DNA of 64,000 nt, from contig CAZLPS010000008.1 of assembly GCA_964561455.1 (NCBI GenBank), forward strand, positions 23,307 to 87,306. The letters are read 5' to 3'. Below, piece after piece: positions 36,321 through 44,912 of the stretch. How positions within the stretch are numbered: position 1 is the first letter of the stretch; every line of letters begins with the position of its first letter. Below the pieces are notes generated by a model. It did not search any database. It had not been told where the DNA came from and saw only the letters and a list, made by a program, of their open reading frames with translations. A program made the translations under genes and the position numbers. This stretch comes from an uncultured Opitutales bacterium (GTDB lineage: Bacteria > Verrucomicrobiota > Verrucomicrobiia > Opitutales > JABDGR01).

Positions 36321-36427
36321 TTTTCCTCCCCGTTCTTTTCCAGTTTGATGATTTCTGCTGTTTGGGCGCCCCCGGCGTCCCAAAAGAGAACGCGGACGCA
36401 TTTTTCTCCTCCCAACACTTCCCTCCC

Positions 36428-36736
36428 ATGGCCAACCAGCGCATCCGCATCAAACTGAAGGGTTTCGACTATCGCATCATCGACCAGTCGGCCCTCGACA
36501 TCGTTGAAACCGCCAAGCGCTCCGGCGCCCGCGTCGCCGGCCCCGTGCCGCTCCCGGTCCGCATCGAGAAACTTTCCGTCAACCGCTCCCCGCACGTCGA
36601 TAAGAAGTCCATGGAGCAATTCGAACTGCGCACCCACAAGCGCATCATTGACATCGTCGAACCCACCGCGCAAACCGTGGACGAATTGAAGAAGCTGAAC
36701 CTGCCCGCGGGCGTGGATATTCAGATTACGGTGTAG
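36428..36736 (+). CDS. rpsJ: 30S ribosomal protein S10
   Basis: ATG 36428 gives [44 protein letters not shown]...[12 protein letters not shown], which is S10. The listed ORF start at 36362 adds a non-homologous extension. Confidence 0.95.
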   Translation: MANQRIRIKLKGFDYRIIDQSALDIVETAKRSGARVAGPVPLPVRIEKLSVNRSPHVDKKSMEQFELRTHKRIIDIVEPTAQTVDELKKLNLPAGVDIQITV

Positions 36737-36739
36737 GGC

Positions 36740-36925
36740 TGGTTCGCCGCAGGCGAGTTTTGTTTTGGTCAACGATGATTCGGCTCCCGGGCAAATCCGC
36801 TTCGGGAACTTGCTCAAGCGCGCAGGTCAACGCGGCCTGAATTTTCTCGATCCTAGTGGGCCACACCCGCATTCGAATGGCGCCTCCGTGGCGTGGGGAA
36901 TATTCTAATCGAGCAGAATTTTCAG
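36740..36925 (-). pseudogene. decayed DUF5615 (Mut7-C/PIN-like toxin-type) gene remnant
   Basis: Minus-strand translation from 36925 gives LKILLD*NIPHATEA.... DUF5615 proteins typically begin MK.LLDEN.P, and the TAG at 36907-36905 sits where the conserved E would be. After a frame change, ...IEKIQAALTCALEQVPEADLPGSRIIVDQNKTRLRR resembles the family C-terminus (..g.ivvve..r.Rir). The middle of the gene is missing. Confidence 0.4.
36741..36767 (+). terminator. possible weak intrinsic terminator after rpsJ
   Basis: ggttcgcc-gca-ggcgagtt forms a stem of five Watson-Crick pairs (TCGCC/GGCGA) extended by three G-T wobble pairs. It is followed by a TTGTTTTGG T-rich tract. Confidence 0.35.
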
Positions 36926-36932
36926 GTTCGCA

Positions 36933-37022
36933 TCAGACACAGGTGAAGATCTGTTCTTCACTCACTATTTCAGCGGTGAAGGCCAGCGCGGCGCTGACAT
37001 CCTCTGAAGTCAATTGGCGGCT
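36933..37022 (-). pseudogene. C-terminal remnant of a DUF433 (antitoxin-like) gene
   Basis: The minus strand directly after the TAG of the PATR gene reads SRQLTSEDVSAALAFTAEIVSEEQIFTCV*. This matches the DUF433 C-terminal helix pattern (..Lt.edi.aaLaYa.e...). The remnant's TGA stop overlaps an ATG immediately upstream of the DUF5615 remnant, consistent with DUF433-DUF5615 pairs that often overlap. Confidence 0.45.
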
Positions 37023-40000
37023 CTAATTTGTCGGCATCACTAGAACCCGCAAAAAAATTGGCCCGTTGGCCGGCATCGCCACACTTGCTTGATAGCGGGT
37101 GGTGAAGGTGTTGGCATCAGGCAGTTGTGAAATATTGCCCGCATCAATGTTGTTCCAACTCGCCATATTTGTGGAGTACTGCGGTACCAATTGATAGTCG
37201 GTCAGGTACTTCCGAGCCGGGTATTGAATTGAAAGAAAGTTGGCGCCCCCGACATTGACGACGGTTTCGGCAAGCGCGCCGGCTGCAATGGGCCCAGTGC
37301 CCAAATTAAGAGCGTAACGAATCACATTGGCTGGGCCTGTAAAGGGGGTTGCCGTCGGTAGTGCGTCATTACCAGTCAAGCCGACGGCAGCCGCCCATTG
37401 GGCGTAGTTAAGGGATTGGGTGGCAATCACTCCGGCAGTGGCAAGCTGCGAGGTGTCCCAGCCAAAATTGGCATCAGCGGGAAGCACGACATTCGCGAAG
37501 TTTCCCGTCACATTGCCGGAAACCTGGAAGAGATTAAAAGTCGTGCCGACCGGCGGCTCAAAGCCGTTGGTAAAATTTAACTGGAGCGTTCCGCCGAGGG
37601 TCAGATTTCCTCCAACATTAATGGCGCCATATTGGGTCCCTCGGCTGGCCCCACCAATCTGAAAGCTTGCCGAGGCGTTGCCAGACAGACTCAGATTCTG
37701 GCTGAAGTTGAGCACACCCAGATTTCCCGTATCGCCTGGCACCAACCGGCCGTTCACATTGGCATTTCCGACAATTGTGCCGGTACCCTGCAGTTGTTGG
37801 CTGGCTCCCACGGTAAACTTGACCAGTCTCACGTCCAAAGTCCCCCCAATTAGGTCAATGACACTGCTGGCGCCGATACCGCTATTGACCCATAATACAA
37901 GCGTACTCGAATTAATGACGGTATTTCCCGTGTAGGTATTGTTGGCGTTTAGGGTCAAGTTTTCCGAGTCGGACAAAATGACGCCACCGGAGCCGGAAAG
38001 CACTCCATAAAAACTCGACGTGCTGTTGGCAAGGGAAAGAGTGACGCCCTCTCCGTCGTCGTTTACGAGGGGGAGTTCCTGATTCCCGCCAATCCCAAGT
38101 GCATGAAATGTGGTTATCCCATGGAATCTCACGTTGCCTCCTTGATTGGCGTAATTCAAAAGGGAATTTTGCAAGGCATTGGGGTTTGCAATCACCAAAT
38201 TGCCGCCAGTAACTATCACGACCGCCTCCATCTCATTGGCCGCCGCCAAGGTAAGGTTCCCGGCGCCACCTTTGGCAAATTCATCATCCTGATTCCACCC
38301 TATGGCAAAGCCAATTGAATTAGCGAACGTCACATCGTTGCCATTGGTGTCGATCGTGGTTGTGCTAGCCCAGCCATACCGGCCAACATTTACCGTGCGA
38401 GCGGAGATGTCAACGGAGCTGCCCGGGGCGTATTGGAGGGTGCCGCCGAAGAGATCGATCGTGTTGCCGGCACCCAACTGGCTTAAGCTGGAGAAAATTA
38501 GAGTGCTGCCAAGCAAGATCAGATCGCCGGAAAAGTTGTTGTCCGCCAAAAGGCGAATGGTTCCATTGCCACCCCCGCTGATCGTAAGCGAGCCGGCGCC
38601 GCCATTGCCAATGGGGTGAGTCAAAATTACGTTTTGAAAGACAGGATCAAATCCGCCGCCCCCTGGGCCAAAATCGGTAATGCGGGTTGATACATCTACT
38701 GGACTGTCGAAATTTATCGCCCCCCCATTGAAATAAATCGTTTGATTAGTGCCCAAATTGTTTAACGTGGAGATCGACAGGGATCCCGCGTTGATTTGGG
38801 TGGGGCCGCTATACGTGTTATTTCCGGTCAACACCTCCGTCCCGGTGCCAACCTTGGTCAATGTTACGTTTACTCCCGAGATATTGCCGCTAAATGTTTC
38901 GAATAGAAAATTACCAAATGTCAGGTTGACCGGCGCGCCATCGGCGTTCACCAAATTTAAATCACGGTCTCCACTCAAGCCTCCAAACACTGCGTTCGTC
39001 ACTCCGGTGCCAAAGCTGATATTGCCACCTAGGGAAGTAATGTTGACAATGCTATTTTGCAAGGCCCGGTTGTCGGCCACCACCAGATTTCCGCTAAGAA
39101 TGCTGGTGCTGCCGGCAAACGTGTTGGCATTCGCCAAAATAAGGTTGCCCGCGCCTGTCTTGGTGAAATTTCCGGCACCTAAATCGCTGGTATTGCCAGC
39201 TATTGGATTGGCAAAAGTTACATCGTTCCCATTGGTGTCAACTACTGCTGTTGAACCATTAAAACTCAGACCCCGATTAGACAAATCAATCGAAATTCCA
39301 GGGCCAAATTTTAGTGTCCCATTGTTAATTGTAACCGGACCCGTGCCCAGGCTATTTGGAGAAGTAAAAAACAGCGTGCCTCCGAAAATGTTGGTCGCGC
39401 CAGAGTAGGCGTTGTTTCCAGTCAGTGTAAGGGTTCCGTTGGCCAACTTGGTGACTGAGCCGGAACCGCCAAGATTTCCGGACAAGGTGGCATTGAACCC
39501 ATCGGTTGAGACGCGCATGCCGGAACTCGAATTATTCGTGAGGTTTATATTCAGAGAAGTTGAAAAGTCGTGACCAATCACATCGAGTTGGCCAAATGAC
39601 CAGATTATGTTGTAATTGCCGGATCCGGCCTGAATCCCATCAATTCCGCCAACCTTGAGCTGGCCCCCGAAATTGAACGTACCGTTGGAGCCTGCCTGGG
39701 AGGCCAATACCAAATTACCGTTGACAATGACTGTGCCCTGGACACCGATGGTCAAGGTCCCGCTCCCGAGGTTGCCCACAATTAGGTCGTGGTTTAGGGT
39801 CCAGGTGCCCCGCGTAGGAAGGCCCCCCAAGCCCACGTTGACGTACCCGGTGGCATTGGCCGAGTTACCGACAATCCCGGAGTTGCTGGTCAGGGTCTTG
39901 ACGGAAATTTGAAGGGAAGGGGTGCTCGCAGTGCCAGCACTGCTGTTGCCGACGACGACGAGATCAGCCGTTGCATTGGCGACAGAAATCAACGCCTGGT

Positions 40001-40238
40001 TGCCACTTGGGTTATCAATGATCGCCGAACTCGATGCCCCGGGTACCTGTGCTGAGTTCCAATTTGAAGCGGTATTCCAATCGCTACTCGTATTACCCGT
40101 CCAAACCTGGGCCTTGACCAGCGAGGCGTTGAAAAATACCCAAACGAGCACCAATAAGAACGGCCAGCACATTCTCGGACGCGATAACCGGAGTCCAGCT
40201 TGACGGGAAACAGGGACATGGTTGCGGCGGGAATTCAT
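37023..40238 (-). CDS. secreted autotransporter-associated beta-strand repeat (PATR-type) protein, 1071 aa, no obvious C-terminal barrel
   Basis: The N-terminus has a hydrophobic signal-like stretch (MCWPFLLVLVWVFFNASLVKAQVWTG). It contains many G.G.LtLtG.NtYsG.T.i..G.L units (e.g. GSGSVTKLANGTLTLTGNNAYSGATNIFGGTLFF, GTGTEVLTGNNTYSGPTQINAGSLSI). GC is markedly lower than in neighbours (26/60 and 27/60 in lines 38101 and 39001, against 34/60 in line 5001). Confidence 0.85.
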   Translation of the reverse strand: MNSRRNHVPVSRQAGLRLSRPRMCWPFLLVLVWVFFNASLVKAQVWTGNTSSDWNTASNWNSAQVPGASSSAIIDNPSGNQALISVANATADLVVVGNSSAGTASTPSLQISVKTLTSNSGIVGNSANATGYVNVGLGGLPTRGTWTLNHDLIVGNLGSGTLTIGVQGTVIVNGNLVLASQAGSNGTFNFGGQLKVGGIDGIQAGSGNYNIIWSFGQLDVIGHDFSTSLNINLTNNSSSGMRVSTDGFNATLSGNLGGSGSVTKLANGTLTLTGNNAYSGATNIFGGTLFFTSPNSLGTGPVTINNGTLKFGPGISIDLSNRGLSFNGSTAVVDTNGNDVTFANPIAGNTSDLGAGNFTKTGAGNLILANANTFAGSTSILSGNLVVADNRALQNSIVNITSLGGNISFGTGVTNAVFGGLSGDRDLNLVNADGAPVNLTFGNFLFETFSGNISGVNVTLTKVGTGTEVLTGNNTYSGPTQINAGSLSISTLNNLGTNQTIYFNGGAINFDSPVDVSTRITDFGPGGGGFDPVFQNVILTHPIGNGGAGSLTISGGGNGTIRLLADNNFSGDLILLGSTLIFSSLSQLGAGNTIDLFGGTLQYAPGSSVDISARTVNVGRYGWASTTTIDTNGNDVTFANSIGFAIGWNQDDEFAKGGAGNLTLAAANEMEAVVIVTGGNLVIANPNALQNSLLNYANQGGNVRFHGITTFHALGIGGNQELPLVNDDGEGVTLSLANSTSSFYGVLSGSGGVILSDSENLTLNANNTYTGNTVINSSTLVLWVNSGIGASSVIDLIGGTLDVRLVKFTVGASQQLQGTGTIVGNANVNGRLVPGDTGNLGVLNFSQNLSLSGNASASFQIGGASRGTQYGAINVGGNLTLGGTLQLNFTNGFEPPVGTTFNLFQVSGNVTGNFANVVLPADANFGWDTSQLATAGVIATQSLNYAQWAAAVGLTGNDALPTATPFTGPANVIRYALNLGTGPIAAGALAETVVNVGGANFLSIQYPARKYLTDYQLVPQYSTNMASWNNIDAGNISQLPDANTFTTRYQASVAMPANGPIFLRVLVMPTN

Positions 40239-40434
40239 TACGGGACAGCGGGGCGCTTAATCAATTTGCCAGAAACAGGTATTTCCAGCCAACAAAGTGC
40301 ATCCACCTGTATAATTCAGCAGTCCGTCTTCTGTCAAAACCTAACCATCCTATAATCAGACTAGTGACCAAAACATTGAGCGATTCCTCCTTCCGGACGC
40401 AAAGCCATTTTAGCAGCTTGAAACTTGTCCTGGA

Positions 40435-40680
40435 ATGGCCACAATGGCGCTCATGAAGACGTTGGAACTGGATTTGACCGACCCGTTAGCCGCCAAATTG
40501 AATCGCGCCGTGGCGAAAGGCAGTTTCCATGATGTCGGCGAATTAACGCGGGCCGCGTTGCGCGATTTCCTGGCTCGGGGGCGACTCGCTCTGGTGGAGC
40601 AGCATCAACTGGACGACATCAAGGCTGCCGTGCGGGAGGCTAAGCGTATGGGCGCAGGCCGGACTGCTGGATCAAGGTGA
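40435..40680 (+). CDS. ribbon-helix-helix (CopG/ParD-like) antitoxin-type protein, orphan
   Basis: MKTLELDLTDPLAAKLNRAVAKGSFHDVGELTRAALRDFLARGR fits an N-terminal beta-strand plus two helices, the RHH pattern. No intact toxin ORF lies downstream. Confidence 0.5.
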   Translation: MATMALMKTLELDLTDPLAAKLNRAVAKGSFHDVGELTRAALRDFLARGRLALVEQHQLDDIKAAVREAKRMGAGRTAGSR

Positions 40681-40906
40681 AGCAGAAGCTCTCGCGGTCG
40701 CTCGTGATTCCAACGCCGATGGATTAAACAGGACGAGGCAGCTGAATTTCTCCGCCGATTGGAAAATCACTCGACTCTTTGGCTTTCAAAAAGAGTACGC
40801 CGTGCCGCGCACGATGCAATGAGGCGAATTTACCACACTTGAAGTATCGCTTTCTATTTGCCGTTACGGCCAAAATTCTTCAAATCAGGTGGCCTCCACC
40901 CTCATC

Positions 40907-42052
40907 ATGAAACTACCCCACGCCCTCTCCGCACTCTCCTTCCTCGCCCTCGGTGCCTCGGCCTTGGCCATCACCTACGCCGCTGATGCCCCCGCCACCC
41001 CGGCCAAAGCTCCGGCCGCCCCGGCCACCAGTGCCGCGGCCAAGCCCCCCGCCGCCACGTCCTCGGACACTTTTGTCCCGATGAACTACGAGCGTTACTC
41101 GCCCGAGGAACTCCCCGGCAAGGGCTTGAGCCAGCACCCGTTCTTTTACACCGGCCAATACGATTTCCGCAATCCGACCCAGAAAATGGTCATTGTCCGC
41201 GACGGCAAAGTCGTCTGGTCCTACGAAATGCCGACCAACGCCAGCGACCCCGCCAAGACCCTCCAGGAATTCAGCGACGCCACCCTCCTCTCCAACGGCA
41301 ATGTCGTCTTCGCCCGCAAAACCGGCGCCAGTGTCATTAACTCCGACAAGAAAATCCTCTGGAATTATGACGCCCCCAAGGGCTTCGAAGTCCACGTCGC
41401 CCAGCCCATCGGCCTCGACCGCGTCATGATCGTGCAAAACGGCATTCCGGCCAAATTGATGGTCATCAACATCATCACCGGCAAAACCGAAAAGGAATTT
41501 GAGTTAAAAACGAACGGCGACCCGAAAACTGTCCACACCCAATTTCGCCGCGCCCAAATGACCCCAGCCGGCACCTTCCTCGTCGCCCATCACGACCAGG
41601 ACAAAGTCGTCGAATACGACGCCAACGGCAAAGAAATCTGGTCGGTCGCCGCCGCCATCCCTTGGGACGCCGTCCGCCTCAAAAACGGCAACACGCTTAT
41701 TGCCAGCCACAATTCTTTCGCGCGCGAAGTAAATCCCAAGGGCGAAACCGTTTGGGAATTCACCCAAAAGGACGTCCCCAATATCCCCCTCTTCTGCTTT
41801 CAGGAAGCCAATCGCCTGGCCAACGGCAACACCGTCATCAGCAATTGGTGCCCCAATGGCATTGTGGATGCCAAAGGCGCGAAAGCGCCGTCGAAATGGC
41901 CGACCTCCGTGCAAGTCCTGGAAGTCACCCCGGACAAGAAAGTGGTTTGGGCCCTCCGTTCCTGGACACCCCCGGCCGACCTCGGCCCTGCCACCGTGAT
42001 CCAATTACTCGATGAGCCCGGCATTCCGGAAAAACAAGAGCAACAGCGCTAA
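40907..42052 (+). CDS. secreted beta-propeller repeat protein (PQQ-like/BamB-like repeats)
   Basis: ATG 40907 gives MKLPHALSALSFLALGASALA (signal-like), followed by an Ala/Pro linker. Repeated ..G.vvW.y.. / NGN.l.. units follow (DGKVVWSYEM, DKKILWNYDA, NGKEIWSVAA, KGETVWEFTQ, DKKVVWALRS). Confidence 0.55.
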   Translation: MKLPHALSALSFLALGASALAITYAADAPATPAKAPAAPATSAAAKPPAATSSDTFVPMNYERYSPEELPGKGLSQHPFFYTGQYDFRNPTQKMVIVRDGKVVWSYEMPTNASDPAKTLQEFSDATLLSNGNVVFARKTGASVINSDKKILWNYDAPKGFEVHVAQPIGLDRVMIVQNGIPAKLMVINIITGKTEKEFELKTNGDPKTVHTQFRRAQMTPAGTFLVAHHDQDKVVEYDANGKEIWSVAAAIPWDAVRLKNGNTLIASHNSFAREVNPKGETVWEFTQKDVPNIPLFCFQEANRLANGNTVISNWCPNGIVDAKGAKAPSKWPTSVQVLEVTPDKKVVWALRSWTPPADLGPATVIQLLDEPGIPEKQEQQR

Positions 42053-42148
42053 AATCGCTCCCGCGCCATTCGTTCGGCTCCGCCCTTCCATTCCGGCTGG
42101 TGAAAAATCACTTGTCGAACCCGCCTGTGCCCGCGATAACGTAGGCCG

Positions 42149-43312
42149 ATGTCCCCTGTTTCACCCACCCCCTCCGCAGACGTGCAGGCGTTCGACGTGC
42201 TCCTCGCCAAATTGCGCGGGCGTCTGGGCCACGTCCGCGAGGCCGCCGCCGCCGCCCGGGCCCTGGCCAGCGAATCGGTGGACTCCGCCGCCAAAACGAA
42301 ATTCCTGCGCGACCTGACCGAAGATTTATGGACCGCCCCGCTGTTGGCGGAATTCGCCCGGACCTTTCGTGAGCTCGCGCGCAATCCGCATGTCGAAGCC
42401 TGGGCCGGGCGGGCCGTGGATCTCTGCGGCACTGGCGGAGACCATTCGGGCAGTTTTAACGTTTCGACGGCGGCAGCGTTTGTCGTGGCCACGGCACGCG
42501 TGCCGGTGTTCAAGCACGGCAATCGCGCACTCACCTCGCAGTCCGGCAGCGCGGATTTTCTGGAAAAGCTCGGCTTTCCCCTGGAGGCGTCGGATGCCAC
42601 GCTGCGCTCGGCCCTGCGGGAATTGAATTTTGCGTTTTTCTTCGCGCCGGCGTTTCACCCGGCCTTCGCGCATGTGGCGCCAGCGCGCAAAGCCCTGGCA
42701 GCCGAGGGCAAGCGCACCATTTTCAATTTGCTCGGACCGCTCCTCAATCCCGGCCGTCCCATCCACCAGCTGGTCGGAATTTTTGACTGGGCCAAGGCGC
42801 CGCTCATGGCCGCCAGCCTCGAGGAACTCGGCGTGCGCCGGGGGCTGGTCGTCCATGGGGTGGTGCCTGACCGCGCAGGCCAGTGCGGTTTCGACGAATT
42901 GTCCTCGGTCTACAGGAATTTTACCACCGGCATCGGCGAACTGCGTTTCCTGGACCAGCAAACGCTCCAAGCCCGCCCGGTGGGCCTCCAGGAGGCGGAA
43001 TTCTCCGGCGGCGATCGTCCGTTGATTGAGTTCGACAGCGATAAACTGGGTTTGGCCAAAGCGCTGCCGGCCTCGCTCAACGGGCAGGGGCCCGATGGCA
43101 ACGTCCAGTTGCTCCACGATCTGCTCGACAACCGCGGCCCGGAGGGCCTGCGCGACACCGTTTGCCTCAATGCCGGCGCCGCGCTGTGGATTGCCGGACG
43201 CACCGGCAGCCTTAAAGTTGGCGTGGATGAGGCGAAGCGTCTGTTGACCAGCGGCGAGACCAGGAAGTGGTTGCGCCGCGCGCAGGAATATTTTCAGGAT
43301 GTCAAGCGTTAG
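42149..43312 (+). CDS. trpD: anthranilate phosphoribosyltransferase-like protein (TrpD family), isolated from other trp genes
   Basis: DLCGTGGDHSGSFNVSTAAAFVVA, KHGNRALTSQSGSADFLEKLG and FNLLGPLLNPG are the TrpD-family motifs. At 387 aa it is longer than typical TrpD. A TrpD2-type paralog cannot be excluded. Confidence 0.7.
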   Translation: MSPVSPTPSADVQAFDVLLAKLRGRLGHVREAAAAARALASESVDSAAKTKFLRDLTEDLWTAPLLAEFARTFRELARNPHVEAWAGRAVDLCGTGGDHSGSFNVSTAAAFVVATARVPVFKHGNRALTSQSGSADFLEKLGFPLEASDATLRSALRELNFAFFFAPAFHPAFAHVAPARKALAAEGKRTIFNLLGPLLNPGRPIHQLVGIFDWAKAPLMAASLEELGVRRGLVVHGVVPDRAGQCGFDELSSVYRNFTTGIGELRFLDQQTLQARPVGLQEAEFSGGDRPLIEFDSDKLGLAKALPASLNGQGPDGNVQLLHDLLDNRGPEGLRDTVCLNAGAALWIAGRTGSLKVGVDEAKRLLTSGETRKWLRRAQEYFQDVKR

Positions 43313-43385
43313 CCCCTGGGGCATATTTTTTCGCGCCCCGGGGGGCATACACATTTGCCTCGTTTGACCGATTCATCATAAAATC

Positions 43386-44738
43386 ATGGCCATGCAACTG
43401 CGCTACTTCGGCACCGACGGCATTCGCGGCGTGTTTGGCGAATCGCCCATGGACCTGCCGTTTTTGCGGCGCTTGGGTTATGCGCTGGCCCAACACTTGA
43501 AACTCCGCCATCCCGGCCCGCTGCAACTCGTCGTCGGGCGCGATCCGCGGGTGAGCGGGCCGGCCATTCTCGAGGCCCTCACCGAAGGCCTGCGGGTCGC
43601 CGGTCATCAGGTGCTGGATTGCGGCATCGTGCCCACCCCGGCCGTGCCGGAATATGTGCAGGAACGTCATGCCGATTTTGGCGTAATGATAACGGCCTCC
43701 CACAATCCGCCCGGCGACAACGGAATAAAGTTTTTTGACGAAAACGGCCTCAAGCTTGACACCGGGACCGAGGCTGAAATTGAAGCATGGTTGGACCGCG
43801 TCCACGCCCCACCGATGGCGCCAATCCTGCCGCCGCTCGAAGCCGTGGACGCCGTGGAGTCGTTTGTGCTCCGCCGCACGTTGCTGCTCCCGGCCCATGG
43901 GCTCGCAGGTTGGGTTATTGCCGTGGATTGTGGATATGGCGCCACCTGCGCGACGACCCCGGCAGTTTTGCGCCGCCTGGGCGCCAAGGTGCACACCCGC
44001 GCGGCGGAGCCCGACGGCACTCGCATCAACGCCGACTCCGGCAGCGAACATCCCGAACACCTGGCCGCTCTCGTGCGCGCCACCGGGGCACGCCTCGGCC
44101 TCGCCCATGACGGTGACGGTGACCGTCTGGTGGTGTGTGATGAAACCGGCGCCCTGGTGGACGGCGACGAAATTCTCGGATTGCTGGCCCTGCACCGGCT
44201 GCGCAAGGGCACCCTCGCGCAAGGCGTCGTCGTGGCCACGGTGCAGAGCAATCTCGGGCTCGATCAGGCCGTCGCGGCGGCGGGGGGCCGCGTGGTGCGC
44301 GTGGGCGTGGGGGACCGGAATGTGCTGCACAAATTGCTGGAATTGGGCGCGGTGCTCGGTGGCGAGAATTCCGGCCATTTTATTTTTCCCGAAATTTCGC
44401 GCTGCGGTGATGGCCTGCTCGCCGCGCTGCAACTCGCCCAAGTGCTGCGCGACTCCGGCCGCCCGCTATCCGTGTTGCGGCGCGAAGTGCCGCTGCTGCC
44501 GCAACTCACCGCCAACCTCCGGGTGCGGCACAAGCGGCCCCTGGAGGATCTGCCGCTGTTCAGCGAAGCCCGGCGCGCGGCGGAAACAGCGCTGCGCGGG
44601 CGCGGACGGGTTCTCGCGCGTTATTCCGGCACCGAAAAGAAATTGCGGTTGCTCGTCGAGGGCCCGGTGCGCGAGGAGCTGTCCGCACTGCTCGCGGCGC
44701 TCACCCGTGCGGCGAATCAGGAACTGGGCGCCAGTTGA
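43386..44738 (+). CDS. glmM: phosphoglucosamine mutase
   Basis: MAMQLRYFGTDGIRG at the N-terminus, the ITASHNPPGDNGIKFF active-site serine loop, and LAHDGDGDRL metal-binding loop. Confidence 0.92.
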   Translation: MAMQLRYFGTDGIRGVFGESPMDLPFLRRLGYALAQHLKLRHPGPLQLVVGRDPRVSGPAILEALTEGLRVAGHQVLDCGIVPTPAVPEYVQERHADFGVMITASHNPPGDNGIKFFDENGLKLDTGTEAEIEAWLDRVHAPPMAPILPPLEAVDAVESFVLRRTLLLPAHGLAGWVIAVDCGYGATCATTPAVLRRLGAKVHTRAAEPDGTRINADSGSEHPEHLAALVRATGARLGLAHDGDGDRLVVCDETGALVDGDEILGLLALHRLRKGTLAQGVVVATVQSNLGLDQAVAAAGGRVVRVGVGDRNVLHKLLELGAVLGGENSGHFIFPEISRCGDGLLAALQLAQVLRDSGRPLSVLRREVPLLPQLTANLRVRHKRPLEDLPLFSEARRAAETALRGRGRVLARYSGTEKKLRLLVEGPVREELSALLAALTRAANQELGAS

Positions 44739-44813
44739 CGTAAAATGCTGATGGTAACTTATGGCGCGCGGAGTCTCTGCTGCCCTGCCGGGAGGCCATT
44801 CCGGGGAACTTTT

Positions 44814-44855
44814 GTTTACGGTTTACGGTTTTAAGTTTATGGTCTATGGTTTGAC
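44814..44855. repeat. degenerate heptamer array GTTTACG GTTTACG GTTTTAA GTTTATG GTCTATG GTTTGAC
   Basis: Read directly from the sequence. It lies in the intergenic region between glmM and the hypothetical gene at 44913. Confidence 0.9.
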
Positions 44856-44912
44856 CTGCTTAATTGTAATTTCACCTTTCGTTTTCATCCCTCCACTCCG
44901 CACACTTCATTT

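Noticed and set aside
40640-40850. Possible PIN/VapC toxin remnant downstream of the RHH gene (frame giving WAQAGLLDQGEAEALAVARDSNADGLNRTRQLNF...).
   Set aside because: Only a vague resemblance to the helical mid-region of PIN proteins. No catalytic Asp motifs or N-terminal DTN-like motif are present. This is insufficient evidence.
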